The position numbers and the translations under genes were made by a program. From the NCBI RefSeq assembly GCF_000485595.1, contig NW_014577086.1, forward strand, positions 669,581-711,302: a stretch of DNA of 41,722 bases. The letters are read 5' to 3'. Shown here piece by piece: positions 23,490-34,921 of this stretch (positions are counted from its first letter, which is position 1; each line of letters opens with the position of its first letter). Origin of the DNA: Priapulus caudatus (Eukaryota). The notes beneath the pieces were generated by a model. It worked only from the letters and a program-made list of their open reading frames with translations, was not told the origin of the DNA and ran no database searches.

Positions 23490-25270
23490 ACAAATGACCC
23501 GCCCAGACAAATACCCCCGGACAATTACCCCCGGACAATTATCCCGGACATTTACCCCCCGGACAATTACGCCCCCCGGACAATTAACCCCGGACAAATA
23601 CCCCCCGGCACAATTACTCCCGGACAATTACCTCCGGACATTTACCCCCGGACAATTACCACCCGCGGACAATCACCCCCGGACAATTACCCCCCGGACA
23701 ATTTACCCCATGCTATTCACCCCCCGGACAATTACCCCCGGACAATTACCCCCATGCTATTCACCCCCCGGCAATTACCCCCCGGACAAATCATTCCCCC
23801 GGACAATTACCCGACATTTCCCCCCGGACATTTACCCCCCGGACAATTACCCCCGCGATATTTACCTCCCGGACAATCAACCCCGGACATTTACTCACTT
23901 GTTGTTATTATTCATTTTGAACGGTGATAGCAGGGAGGAGGTCGAGGAGGAGAAAAGAAGGCGGGTGGAGGAGGAGGAGGAGGAGGAGGAGGAGAGAAGG
24001 TGGGGAGAATGGTGTGAGGAGGAGGAGGGGGAGAAGGTGGGAGGAGCGAAGAAGATAGGAGTGGAGGAGGAGGAGGGGAGATCGTGGTGAGGAAGGTGGT
24101 GAAGAGGAGAGGAAGAGGAGGTGGAGGAGGAGAGAGGGGGAGAACGTGGCGCGGGAAAGGTGGTAGAGGAGGAAGGGGAAGAAGGTGGAGGAGGAGGAGG
24201 AGGGGGAGAAGGTGGCGGAAGATGAAGAGGAGGGAGAAGGAGAAGGAACGGAGGAGCAGCGAGATGGGAGGAGGACGAGGAGGAGGAGGAGGAGGAGGAG
24301 AGGAGGTGGAGGAGGAGGAGGAGGAGGGGGGAGAACGTGGGGAGAAGGTGGTGGAGGAGGAGGGGGAAAGTGGAGGAGCGAGGAGGAGAGGGGGGGAGGA
24401 GGTGAAGGATAAGGAGGAGAGGATGAGAGGAGGAGGAGGAAGAGAGGAAGTGAAGGAGGAGGAGGAGGAGGAGAGAAGGTGGGGAGGAGGAGGGGGGAGA
24501 ACGTGAGGAGAAGGTGGTGGAAAATGAGAGGGAGAAAGGGAGAAGGTGGAGGAGGAGGAGGAGGTATGGAGGGAAGAGGTAGCGGACGGCCAGGTGTGGA
24601 GAAGGAGCGGGAGAAGGGAGTGAAGGAAAGGAGAGGAAGAGAGGAGGTGGAGGAGGAGAAGGAGAGAGAAGCAGGAGGAGGAGGAGAAGGAGGAGGAGGA
24701 GGAGGCGAGGAGGAGGACGAGGGAGGAGGGTGGAGGGAGAGGAGCCCGAGGAAAATGTGGGAAAGAAGGTGGTGGAGGAGGAAGAGGGGGAGAAGGTGGG
24801 AGGAGGAACAGGGAGAGGAGGGAGAAGAGGAGTAGGAGGTGGAGGAGGGGATGAGCGTAGAGGCACGGCGCGCATCTACCGTCTCCTCTCCTCCTCCATC
24901 ACATTCTCCCCTCCTCCTCTCCTCAACTACTACCTGAACCTCTCTACCTACTGCTCTACCTCCTCCTCTTCCCCCTCCTACTCCTCCTCCTCTTTAACCT
25001 AAACCTTCTCCGTCGTCCTCTAATATCCTTCTCTAAATGTTCCGCGGCGGTAATTGTCTCGGGTGTGATTGTTCGGGGGATGATGCCGGGGTAAATGTCC
25101 GGGGGGTAATTGTCCGGGGGTGATAGTTCCGGGGGGGTATATTGTCTCCGGGCGTAATTGTCGCGGGGGGTAGATATGTCCGCGGGGTGTAATTGTCCTG
25201 GGGGTGAATAGCATAGGGCGGGTAACTGCTCCGGGGTAATGTCTGAGGGGGATGCCGGGGATTTGTCTTT
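23490..25270. mobile_element. Foldback-like non-autonomous element: inverted arrays of CCCCCGGACAATTA around a GA-rich core
   Basis: A ~15-bp unit array at 23494-23895, its reverse complement (TAATTGTCCGGGGG) at ~25035-25265, and a (GGA)n-rich interior at 23930-24850. Termini and TSD are not resolvable because of the gap and noise. Confidence 0.7.
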
Positions 25271-25568
25271 AGAACCATATATATACTATATATATATATA
25301 TATATATATAATGAGCTGGAAAGAAGAGAGAGAGAGTCGAGAGAGATGCGAGGAGAGAGACGACGGCAGAAGGGAGCAAGAGAGGGAGTACGAGAGAGAC
25401 GCGAGTGAGAGAGATGAGAGAGTCCAGTTATCGTACTCACGCAGTCCGCAGAGAGAAGAGAGAGAGGTCACCTTTCTCCGAGAGAGAGAGAGCAGGGGGG
25501 GTAAGAAAGGTAGAGGGGATCCGAAGCACGCATCAGAGATACACGATACGATCACGTATATGGCAAGC

Positions 25569-26552
25569 CATTTGATCATAACATTCGAGAACCACGGTTC
25601 TTCGCCACGAAACCAGGTTCGTGCTCACAAAACCTAGTTCTGCTCGAGAAACACGGTTCTTGCCATGAAAACTAGCGTTCGTGGGCACGATACCTGGTTT
25701 CTAGCCCTATAACCGCCGGTATATTAGCTGGAATCTTTAGTTTCGGTGTAAGCAAGAAACTAGGTTTTGGCGACAAGAAACCTAGGTCTTCAGCAAGAAA
25801 CCCACTTTCAACGCGCCATTTGTATCATAATTCGCACGAAACCACGGTCTCCTCGCACGAAACCGCCATGGGTCGTGCCTCACAAAACCTAGTTTCTTCC
25901 TGCCTCGAGAAACCACGCGCTTCTTGCCATTGAAACTAGGTTGTCGTGGGCACGACCTGCGTTTCTAGCCCTACTTAACCGCGTTCATAGCTGCGTAATC
26001 TTAGTTTCTCGTGGAGCCAAGAAACTTAGGTTTTGCGCGACCAAGGAACCTAGGTTCAGCCAATGAAACCACTTTCAACGCCCCGATTTGTATCATAATT
26101 CGAGAAACCACGGTTCTTCGCACGAAACAGGTTTCGTGCTCACAAACCTAGTTTCTTGCATGAACTAGGTTTCATGGCATGAAACCTGGTTTTTCCTAGC
26201 CCTATAACCGCAGTTATAGCTGCGAATCTTAGTTTCTTGGAGCCAGAAACTAGTTTTGGGCCGAGCAAGAAACCCACTTTTCAACGCCGCCATTTGTATC
26301 ATAATTCGAGAAAACCACGGCTTCTTCGCACGATAACCAGGTTTTGCTCACAAAACTTATTCTTGCCATGGAAACTAAGCGTTTCGATGGCATGAAACCT
26401 GCGTTTCTAGCCCTATAACCCGCAGTTATAGCTGGAATCTTAGTTTACTTTAGAGCAAGGAAACTAGCGTTTTGGCGGAGCAAGAAACCACTTTCACGCG
26501 CCAGTTTGTATTCATAATTTCGAGAAACCATAGTTCGGCGACGAAACCTAGT
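25569..26552. repeat. Tandem repeat of ~210-270 bp units (about 4.3 copies) built from GAAACTAGGTTTC-like subrepeats
   Basis: The anchor TTTGTATCATAATTCG recurs at ~25819, 26087, 26294 and 26505, with a degenerate copy at ~25571. Confidence 0.88.
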
Positions 26553-27763
26553 TATATGACATATATGACATATATGATAGATAATAATATAGATGACATA
26601 GATAATGTATCAAAGAATCTGGGTGTAATCTAGATCACGATATGCAGTTCCTGATTAGCATTGTACAGTCTATTGCTCTCGAATGTCTAGGTAAAACCGT
26701 AGAATGTGGAGCAGTCGATCGAGTGGCGCAAGCTAGGGATGTGATGAGGGAATAATCAGAGATAGGTATAGAGGCGCGAAACATGAACGGCAAATCAGTA
26801 ACTATATAAAGGTGGTAAATATTTTAGTTTTGATTACTCGGTAATGTTGAGTGCTAAGCCGCGACTGGTCTCTCGCCACCTCGGCTTATTCAATCATCAC
26901 AGAAAACTCATTTTCGCTTCCGTCGAATTTTCGAATGTATCTCGAACGATAGGTGCGAAAGGTAGACTTGCCTTGCCTTCATATCGGCGTAATTGTAATT
27001 AATACGATGAGGGCAACATTGCACAATTTTATTACGACATCGCTACTGATAAAAGAACAGATATGTCCGTAGAAGTGGTCAGAAATCTCGTCGTTAACTG
27101 TAAACCTGACATGTAATCGGGCAATAGAAAACGCAACGCGCGTTGCAATCAATTCCAAGTGCTGCGATAAAGCACAGAGATCGTTTAAATGTACGTTCTT
27201 CACTGAAGTCTGAACTTAATTGGCGGTATCTGAGGCGATTTCTTCCTCGCAAAATATTGCGGGTAAATGATATCCTCAAATGGTCGCCCTTAATTATTAC
27301 CCAGAATGACGACGGCTAGGACGTGTATCATTGTATTTATATCACAGCGGCAGCGCTTGACCAGGAAAATATCGCCACTGACCCGAAAAGGATTGCCCAC
27401 TGACGTTGGCTTCAGCGATACGGTTAGGCTGACGCTTTCTCCAAGCAAATCAACTATAACACTTCCGAGCTAGGCGCGCCTCCACTATCTCCAGAGCTAA
27501 TTGTTACTGAATTTTTAAAGGTTTTCTTGTCCTGCGTGGTCACTCGCGAATAGACTATAGCTTTCGCACACATTTGGAAGACGCGATCGCTGAATCAAAT
27601 GCAAATGGACTATTGCATGTCTATTGTATGTGGGCCAACGCTTCCAGAGTATTGAGAAGTCCTAGGGTTGCGTGAAACATGTCCGTAATCCCCTGTCTGA
27701 CGGATAGCATAATACGACTGTGCTTGCATGGTGCGATTGCTCGTTATCAGCGATCCATAACTT

Positions 27764-27829
27764 CAGGAGTAGATAATAGGAAAAACCCTATAGGAGTAGA
27801 TAATAGGGATTCCCTATTATCTACTCCTG
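27764..27829. mobile_element. 66-bp palindromic insertion with 7-bp TSD ATAACTT
   Basis: ATAACTT|CAGGAGTAGATAATAGG-AAAAACCCTAT-AGGAGTAGATAATAGGGA-T-TCCCTATTATCTACTCCTG|ATAACTT. Confidence 0.82.
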
Positions 27830-28158
27830 ATAACTTGTATAGCAGGAGCTATTATATATTTCATTACCCATCCCTGCAGGAGCGCGTTTCACTAACGTTC
27901 GTTCGCTATTTTTCCTTCGCTATTCCTGTCCTCGCTGTTCGCTGTTCGCTGTCCTGTAAACCCAACACTTGTGATAGGGATAACTGATATTAAGCTTGAA
28001 CTTACAGTACATATGTTTTCTTTATTCGAATGCACAATAACGACGCAATAACCCGATGGCAAGTTACGGGCTTGGTATAGGAATACCCATATGCTGCAAT
28101 ACATGGTAAAGAAACGCGGTTAATCTGTCTAATTCAAGAATGGTCACACCGATATTAC

Positions 28159-28182
28159 CAGGAGTCTTTCAATAGACTCCTG
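28159..28182. mobile_element. 24-bp palindromic insertion with 7-bp TSD ATATTAC
   Basis: ATATTAC|CAGGAGTCTTTCAATAGACTCCTG|ATATTAC. Confidence 0.78.
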
Positions 28183-28516
28183 ATATTACGTATAAGTAAA
28201 ACATCATGTAATTACAACTGCTCTATAGTTTAAGTGAACAATCTCGACCCAATAGAATTCATTAGTTCAAATACAACGCACGTCAATCCTCTATACTACA
28301 GCAGTACGGAAATGGACGATCCTTGATGCTTCTGTAATTGAGCAGATTCAGATGAATATTGTGAATGCAAAATATCTTTCATCTCTCTACTTAGTTTTTG
28401 ACACAAATAAATAGTGCTCCTCCTTGGGCATTGCTCGATTCATATAGTGTAATTGAGAGTGTATAGTATTCATATCAGCGTACGCCTAACGGTAATGGAA
28501 ACAACGTAGGCCCCCT

Positions 28517-28676
28517 ACATACACACACGCACACATATGCGCGCACGTACGCGCGCACACACACGCGCACGCGCACACGCACACGCACATACACATTCAC
28601 GCACACACACGCAGCGTACGCATGTACGGACGCACGCACGCACGCACGTACGCACGCACGCATGCGCACACACACA
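28517..28676. repeat. (CA/CACG)n microsatellite
   Basis: Directly visible. Confidence 0.93.
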
Positions 28677-29166
28677 TTATACATAATACATTACCATAAA
28701 TGTATCCCATATATATATAGGGGCTTTGGCGGTAGCCGTCGGTATACAGTGCGAAATCACTTTCCACGCGCCATTCTAATCTGAAAATTTCCATGTTTCA
28801 GCAGTAGTTATCCAGGGGAAATTACAATGCCACCCGCTGGATTTACATTGCAAGACACAACATATATTATTCAAGTTTTGTTTAACGTTTTTGTTTGTTA
28901 TTTAAACTTTTTTTTTTTTTAATTTTTTTTTTCGAAACACGCAAAACAGGCAATTTACAATGCGTGTTAACACTGAAAAGTAGGCATCTACTTTTCAGCT
29001 ACTTTACTACTTTTCATCTACTTTACTAATCGCAAATGTTTTTGATAATAACTTAAAATCCCGTGTAGCCTGTTTCGTTTGTGAGATAACTAAAACACGT
29101 ACGTACACCCACACCGAGGATATAACTATTGTACTGCGTTCAGCACTGCATGGCTAATTTGGGATT

Positions 29167-29178
29167 AGCAACGACAGT

Positions 29179-29250
<72 letters not shown>

Positions 29251-29452
29251 GGCGACAGCGGCGGCGCAGCAGCATCAGCAGTAGAAGCAGCAAAAGCAAA
29301 AGCAGCAGCAGCGGCAGTAGAAGCAGCAGCGGCAGCAGCAGTAGAAGCAGCAGTAGCAGCAGCAGCGTCGACGAGATCAGACAAGGAGGTAGCAGCAGGA
29401 GCAGCAACCTCCGGAGCGGCGACGGACGCAGCAGCAACAGCAACAATAACAA
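29167..29452. repeat. (CAGCAA)n / (CAG)n repeat tract
   Basis: Perfect CAACAG run at ~29181-29246, then degenerate GCA repeats. Confidence 0.93.
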
Positions 29453-32400
29453 GAAGCCATTAAGATATTACCACGTCAGATGCGTTACCTATCGTGATCA
29501 TGATTGATTCCAAGTCCGAACCAGAAAAGACGCCGTAGCTAAGCTGTGGTATTAATACCGCTTTATTCCGACTCGTGTGTATAACACGAACGTTAGCTCG
29601 ACGCTGATAGAGAATTGCGCGCAGTACTGTAACTATGTATGGGCAACGCCTTTACTGAAACGCCAACTAACGACGCCCACACAGGCCACTTATAAAATCT
29701 AGCACGGATGCTAGCGAGAATGAGAAAAGCTGCTAAACGTTTCAGTAGCGTCGGGTGTAATTGGACGCGTGTGCAACAATCAGCTCATTGCAAAGCATTT
29801 GTCGTAAAGGATGGCGGTGGGTTGGCATTAGTGTACGCTCGTTCCATCACTGTTACATAAAAATTATTTGCGTGGTCAGTTAGTATCGACGATATCTCTT
29901 CACAATCACTTTACCATCCCACCCCTCTAAACGCACGCACGCGCGCAAGCACAATCATGCCAACGACTATATACATGAGCCGGAAGTTTTAATTACGCGC
30001 ATGCAATGATGTGTTTAGGTAGAACCTGATTTGCCAGCGAATTCGAATGAAACGTCGTGAAATATAGCTGTCGCGCACTGCAACGCTGATAGCAACGGTG
30101 ACAATGAACCGATATGAGTACAACGTGTAAAATTACGCAATTCACTCACAATCACGGTTGGTGTGCAATTAACACCATCTCGTATTAATTGCGCATTGTC
30201 CGTCAATGTAGCTTAATGTCAGTATTAAGTTACGTTACTATCAGTATCGTTAAATTCAGTATTAGGAACGGCGAGGAGAATGCCAAGTACAGTTTTACTT
30301 GTACAGCATTGACAAGTATCGCGTTTAACGTACACTTATGTACACGTATTCTTTCTATACGTATTCTATTCGTGGTATGTTAAATTAAAACTTGAAATGA
30401 ACGTTCCCACGTTCGAATGGGTTTGATAATATTTTATCCTATTTTATGCGTTTGTGCTGCCAAATGGTGGGCAGTGCATGTTATACTGTGCGGTACACAT
30501 TTTTTTGGTACACATTACAAAATGCTGGTTCAGGGTTTAATCAAATTTTAAGTAAAGATTATATATAATAAAAACAAATGTGAGGGTTATCTCAGGTTAG
30601 TAAACGTTTCCCGAGGCGCGTGGAAATCGTGAGAGGCAAAATAATTGAATTTGCTTACATTTTTGTTTTGCCCATCGCCGCTGCGCGAGGTAAACCCGTG
30701 TCTGCGTAGTTGGAAACAAAAGGAAAAGCCTCATACGTGATTTTATTTATATATAATAAAATATAACTATGGGGTAAATGAGGTAAAGTGACATATTTAA
30801 AGAAATTAAGGAACAACCCTTGCAAATATTGATCTTGCGAATTTTCAAGACCTTTAACAATGCAAGTATGACAGTATATATTGACTCTTGCGTTGTCTTT
30901 GAAGGGTTATAATGGGTTTTATGAAGCCGATAATACATAAATAATGGCGATTCAGCTAGGCAGATTAATATATTTCCCATATACGAGCAGACGGATTCAT
31001 GCGCCTTCTGAACATGCAATGAGCTAAACGATGAAAGGCTTAACTAGGAAACGTACAGGCAGACCTCTGAGCGGCCATGTGACTCATTCCGCTTGTTATA
31101 TTTTCAGTGTATCTATTAACTATCGACGTTTTACGTATACTGATTTTCCAAATGCGAAATAAGCGCGTGTATGTAGACCCTAAATGCGCATGTGCATCTA
31201 TTTCTATTTCGGATTCATACATCGTACATAATTGGCCCATGGGTGCGGTAATAATCCGAAATGTCCCAAAACAATAATGGAACATGCAAGATCCTCAGAG
31301 TCGCACTATAATCAATAAGGCCGCGAACACCAAGAAGGAGGAATTTGGAATTTCGCTGACATGAAAAACTCGCGTAAGCCGCACCATACGTTCAATATTT
31401 CGCGAGAGTAGATATATGCAAGATGGCGAATGAAAGCTTCAAACGGAGATTGCACAACTAAGGTTTCCGTCAGGGTTACGTAATTCGTTTAATATCCTGA
31501 AGTCAGTATCCTCGTTCAGTACGTGTCCCTTACATATATGGTCATAATAACGTGTACGGTACATACATATAGTGTGGTCATATGAATTGTACGTGTGAGC
31601 AGAAGATGAAGTCTATCCAATAGTTTTTATCGGGTTAATTGAAAGAGGTTGAGATTGTCCTGTCAACACGGCACAGGTACACGTGATCACTACCAAAAGT
31701 CAGTATGTTGGATGCACGCAAGCATCCTATTGCACGTGAAAAACTCTTCATCGTTGTCTGTTCTAAGCATTCATACGGCGTGCACCCCCAAGCCCGTCAG
31801 AAGCACATTTCCACGGTCTGTAACAACGCACGCTCGGCTTTTGTAGTTAACACCGACGAACACTCAAAACGTTTTCCGTATGAGTATTTTCTCCGTAAAG
31901 CAATCGATCGGAACCTGACCTGAAATTCTGCGCCAGAAGCCCGTAACAAGGTGTAGATATAGCGATAATAACGGTTGCAGCTAGCCTAGCTGATGTCGCT
32001 ATATTCGCCGAACTCCTATGTGTTCTCATATCTAAAGCTTATTGACACGAATGTCTTCGATAACTAAAAATGATATGGATTTAGGTGAAATAATCATGTA
32101 AGCGGGTGAAGATAATTAACGATGTTGATCGTTACATTAATCCTGGGTGATACCTGGTAAAAAAGTCATATATCATATTGCGTGTTCGTTTAATCAGATG
32201 TAGTTAGATATGCCGGATATTCGATTTTATCATTAGTATATGCTAAAAATATATAAAAACGCTTGCAAAAAACATGGTGATCTTTTGTTTTGCCGGAATA
32301 AAGTAACGTAGAGGGGAATATAGTTAGCCTTAGTTAGTGTATTTTAGTTATAAATAGTGGTCACCCAAGCGTAAACTTGAGACTACGAATGGAGACACGA

Positions 32401-32610
32401 CGAGGGCGTTGCCACTGCAAGGTGAGTCACGCAGACATCTTAGTTGTGTGATTTCACGAATGCACGCCGAAACTCATTTAACCAAGATCACTAGAATCCA
32501 GAGTCCAAAGTATAACAGTCTTGCGGCGTGTCTCACAAAAAGGACCTGACGCGATTGCTACTATTGTATAAATTGCCCTATCAATCGTACTAATCATATC
32601 CTGATCATAT

Positions 32611-32651
32611 CAAGAGTGAATAATAATAGATTAATCTATTATTCACTCCTG
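32611..32651. mobile_element. 41-bp palindromic insertion with 7-bp TSD ATCATAT
   Basis: ATCATAT|CAAGAGTGAATAATAATAGATTAATCTATTATTCACTCCTG|ATCATAT. Confidence 0.8.
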
Positions 32652-33596
32652 ATCATATTATATCATATCATATACCGTACCAACCCTATCTCCAACTATG
32701 AGCGAGAAGACTGCGTGCGCACCCTTACGCGTCGAATATCGACTTTTCAATGTTTTGGTAATAAGCATAGTTTATACGCATATTATTTTAGCATGTTCTA
32801 CTGCAACGTTGATTAGCTGAAGCGGAATGTCAATCGTGCCAGGTGGATGGGACAAAACAGACAAAGAGTAACAAATGTATGCATGCATTTTAATTACCTG
32901 TATATTATGTATGCATATATCGTTATCTTATTTTCTATTATTTATAAGTTAGGCGAATCATTAGAACGTCCGCATATGTCCTATGAAAGCTCTACCCGTA
33001 TAGGACACCCCTAATGGGAGGGCAGTGTTTTGCAGACTCCGACCCTAGGGAAATTGGGTTTCGTTTGCGACGTCATACGTAATTAGAATCGTGGCGAAAA
33101 ACAAACAAGTGTCCTACTAGCATAACATGTAACACTCGTCGACTCGAAGAACAAATATTTGCAATCATTTTCGGCTTGCTATGAGAACCCACGAACTCAA
33201 TTGCATACTCATAAATTTCATATTACGCAAGACTTACGGATCATTCTACGACCTGCTCGCGCTCTACTGGCTAACGACTAACGGTGCAGTGCGTTTGTTT
33301 TGCAGATGTAGTGGCCGACCACGACGCAGATGATCGCCACGAGCCGAGAGATGCACAAAACGTGTTTCACTCTGCGCTGGCTCTAAGTCGATGACCGACG
33401 CGTATTAGATATAACTCACCATACGTGCTAGGGGCACGTCTACGACTCACGCCACTCACCTGGAGTCGCAGCGTAAGCACCTAGAGTGCACGAAAGAAAC
33501 TCCGGAGATCTCGGCCGTCATCGATGATCATCTAAAAGTATAGTTTTCGTTTAGATTTCGCATTAACGTATATTGCTCTTGTCGATTTCGTTTGGG

Positions 33597-34296
33597 ATGT
33601 ACGCTATCGTAGAAACGGCGGCCCGCCGTCAGGCAGTGCGCTGCTGGTTACCGTTGATGATGATGATGCTAATGAAAGCGAAGCGCGCTCAGACAGACGC
33701 AACTTTCTCTCTGGCTCCCGTCAGAGACTTCACAGTAGAGCCGGACAACGTCGGCAGCGACTCAAGCAACGTACTCTTCCTCGGCCGGGCTTCGTCCGAA
33801 CACAATAAGACGTATCGCTTTGTCCTTGAGTTTGACCTCGTTGACGTCTACGAAGGGGCGCGTCCGCGGGGCAGCCACCAGGGTCCGCGGCTCGACGCAG
33901 GCAACGTGTCCGCACAGCTGCTGCTCTACTGCGTCAACGTGTTCGCGGACGCTGGCGTCGCATCGCGAATCAACATCTCCGTCAATGCCATCGAGATGGT
34001 GACGGAGCGGGACGCGTGGCCGCGGCGGGACGCGTCGCTGAGCATCATCGGTCCCACGGCTTCACGTTCGCTCGAATTAAACGCTAGTGAATGCAGGCGG
34101 CAACCCCGCGTCGTGCTGAACGTGGCGCCCGTACTTGCGACATGGCTGCACTCCAGAGTTCTGGATACGAAACGGAGTCTTCTTGTCTGGTATTCCCCTC
34201 GACAGACGACATCCGCGCTGGGAGTCGCTGCCTCAGAGGCAGGCAGTTCCGACTCCATTCGAGTGCCCCGACTACTGCTGGACACGTCAGGAAGAG
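33597..34296 (+). CDS. Probable first coding exon of a secreted or extracellular protein with a DNRLRE/CBM96-like beta-sandwich domain
   Basis: The only long, intact non-repetitive ORF in the window. It is GC-rich until the donor AG|GTAAGT at 34296/34297 (phase 1), after which composition turns AT-rich. ATG at 33597, hydrophobic CWLPLMMMMLM, and motifs LAPVRDFTV, LFLG, TYRFVLEFDL, SAQLLLY, LNVAPVLATWL and ASEA..RVPRLLL. No downstream exon was identified. Confidence 0.65.
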
Positions 34297-34704
34297 GTAA
34301 GTGTCGTCTTGTTGCCACTTTCATCCCGTTTTCTAATACGACCGCGTTATGTTACGTAAGATTTCCATATGGCGCCAAATTTAGTATTCAACGGAAATAT
34401 GCCCCGGCGAATTTCTCCTCAAAATTAAAAACGCAAATGTAAAGAAATGATCAGATACCCTTCTTGAACTAAGCCATCACGTGCACGAATAGTCCTTTAC
34501 CACTATCCACCGCCTACGCTATTCGTCATCGAACATAATATAATAATATAAAATTGTGTAGAGCTCTTGAGAAGGACTAGAATTCGTGACAAATTTTGCT
34601 CGAAACGCGTGGGGTGCGATTGCTAGTCTATTAGGAACACTAATAATTATGCACACTCTATTAAGCACTGCAGCTGGTGGTACTACAAAGGTGGAAATCA
34701 AATC

Positions 34705-34705
34705 A

Positions 34706-34767
<62 letters not shown>

Positions 34768-34768
34768 C
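34705..34768. repeat. (TG)n microsatellite
   Basis: Perfect TG run. Confidence 0.97.
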
Positions 34769-34921
34769 AGCATTGTCTGAAAGATATTGAAACCCCAGGA
34801 AAACAAAAATTGGAGATATTGAAAATTAAAAGAACTAAAGAATTATTAAGAATTAAAGGAAGATTGCGATGACTGATTCAACTGAAATTAAAATGAATTA
34901 TCGCGTCGCTCCGCCGCTGTG

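Noticed and set aside
23494..25002. Pro-rich, Glu-rich and Gly/Arg-rich ORFs (198 aa, 326 aa and others)
   Set aside because: They are translations of the 15-bp array and the (GGA)n core of the foldback element.
29154..29452. PolyQ/polyA coding exon
   Set aside because: The Gln frame contains TAG stops, there is no flanking non-repetitive coding sequence, and no clear splice sites.
34297..34442. C-terminal 48 aa of the 289-aa ORF
   Set aside because: It follows a consensus GTAAGT donor and shifts to AT-rich composition, so it is probably intron read-through.
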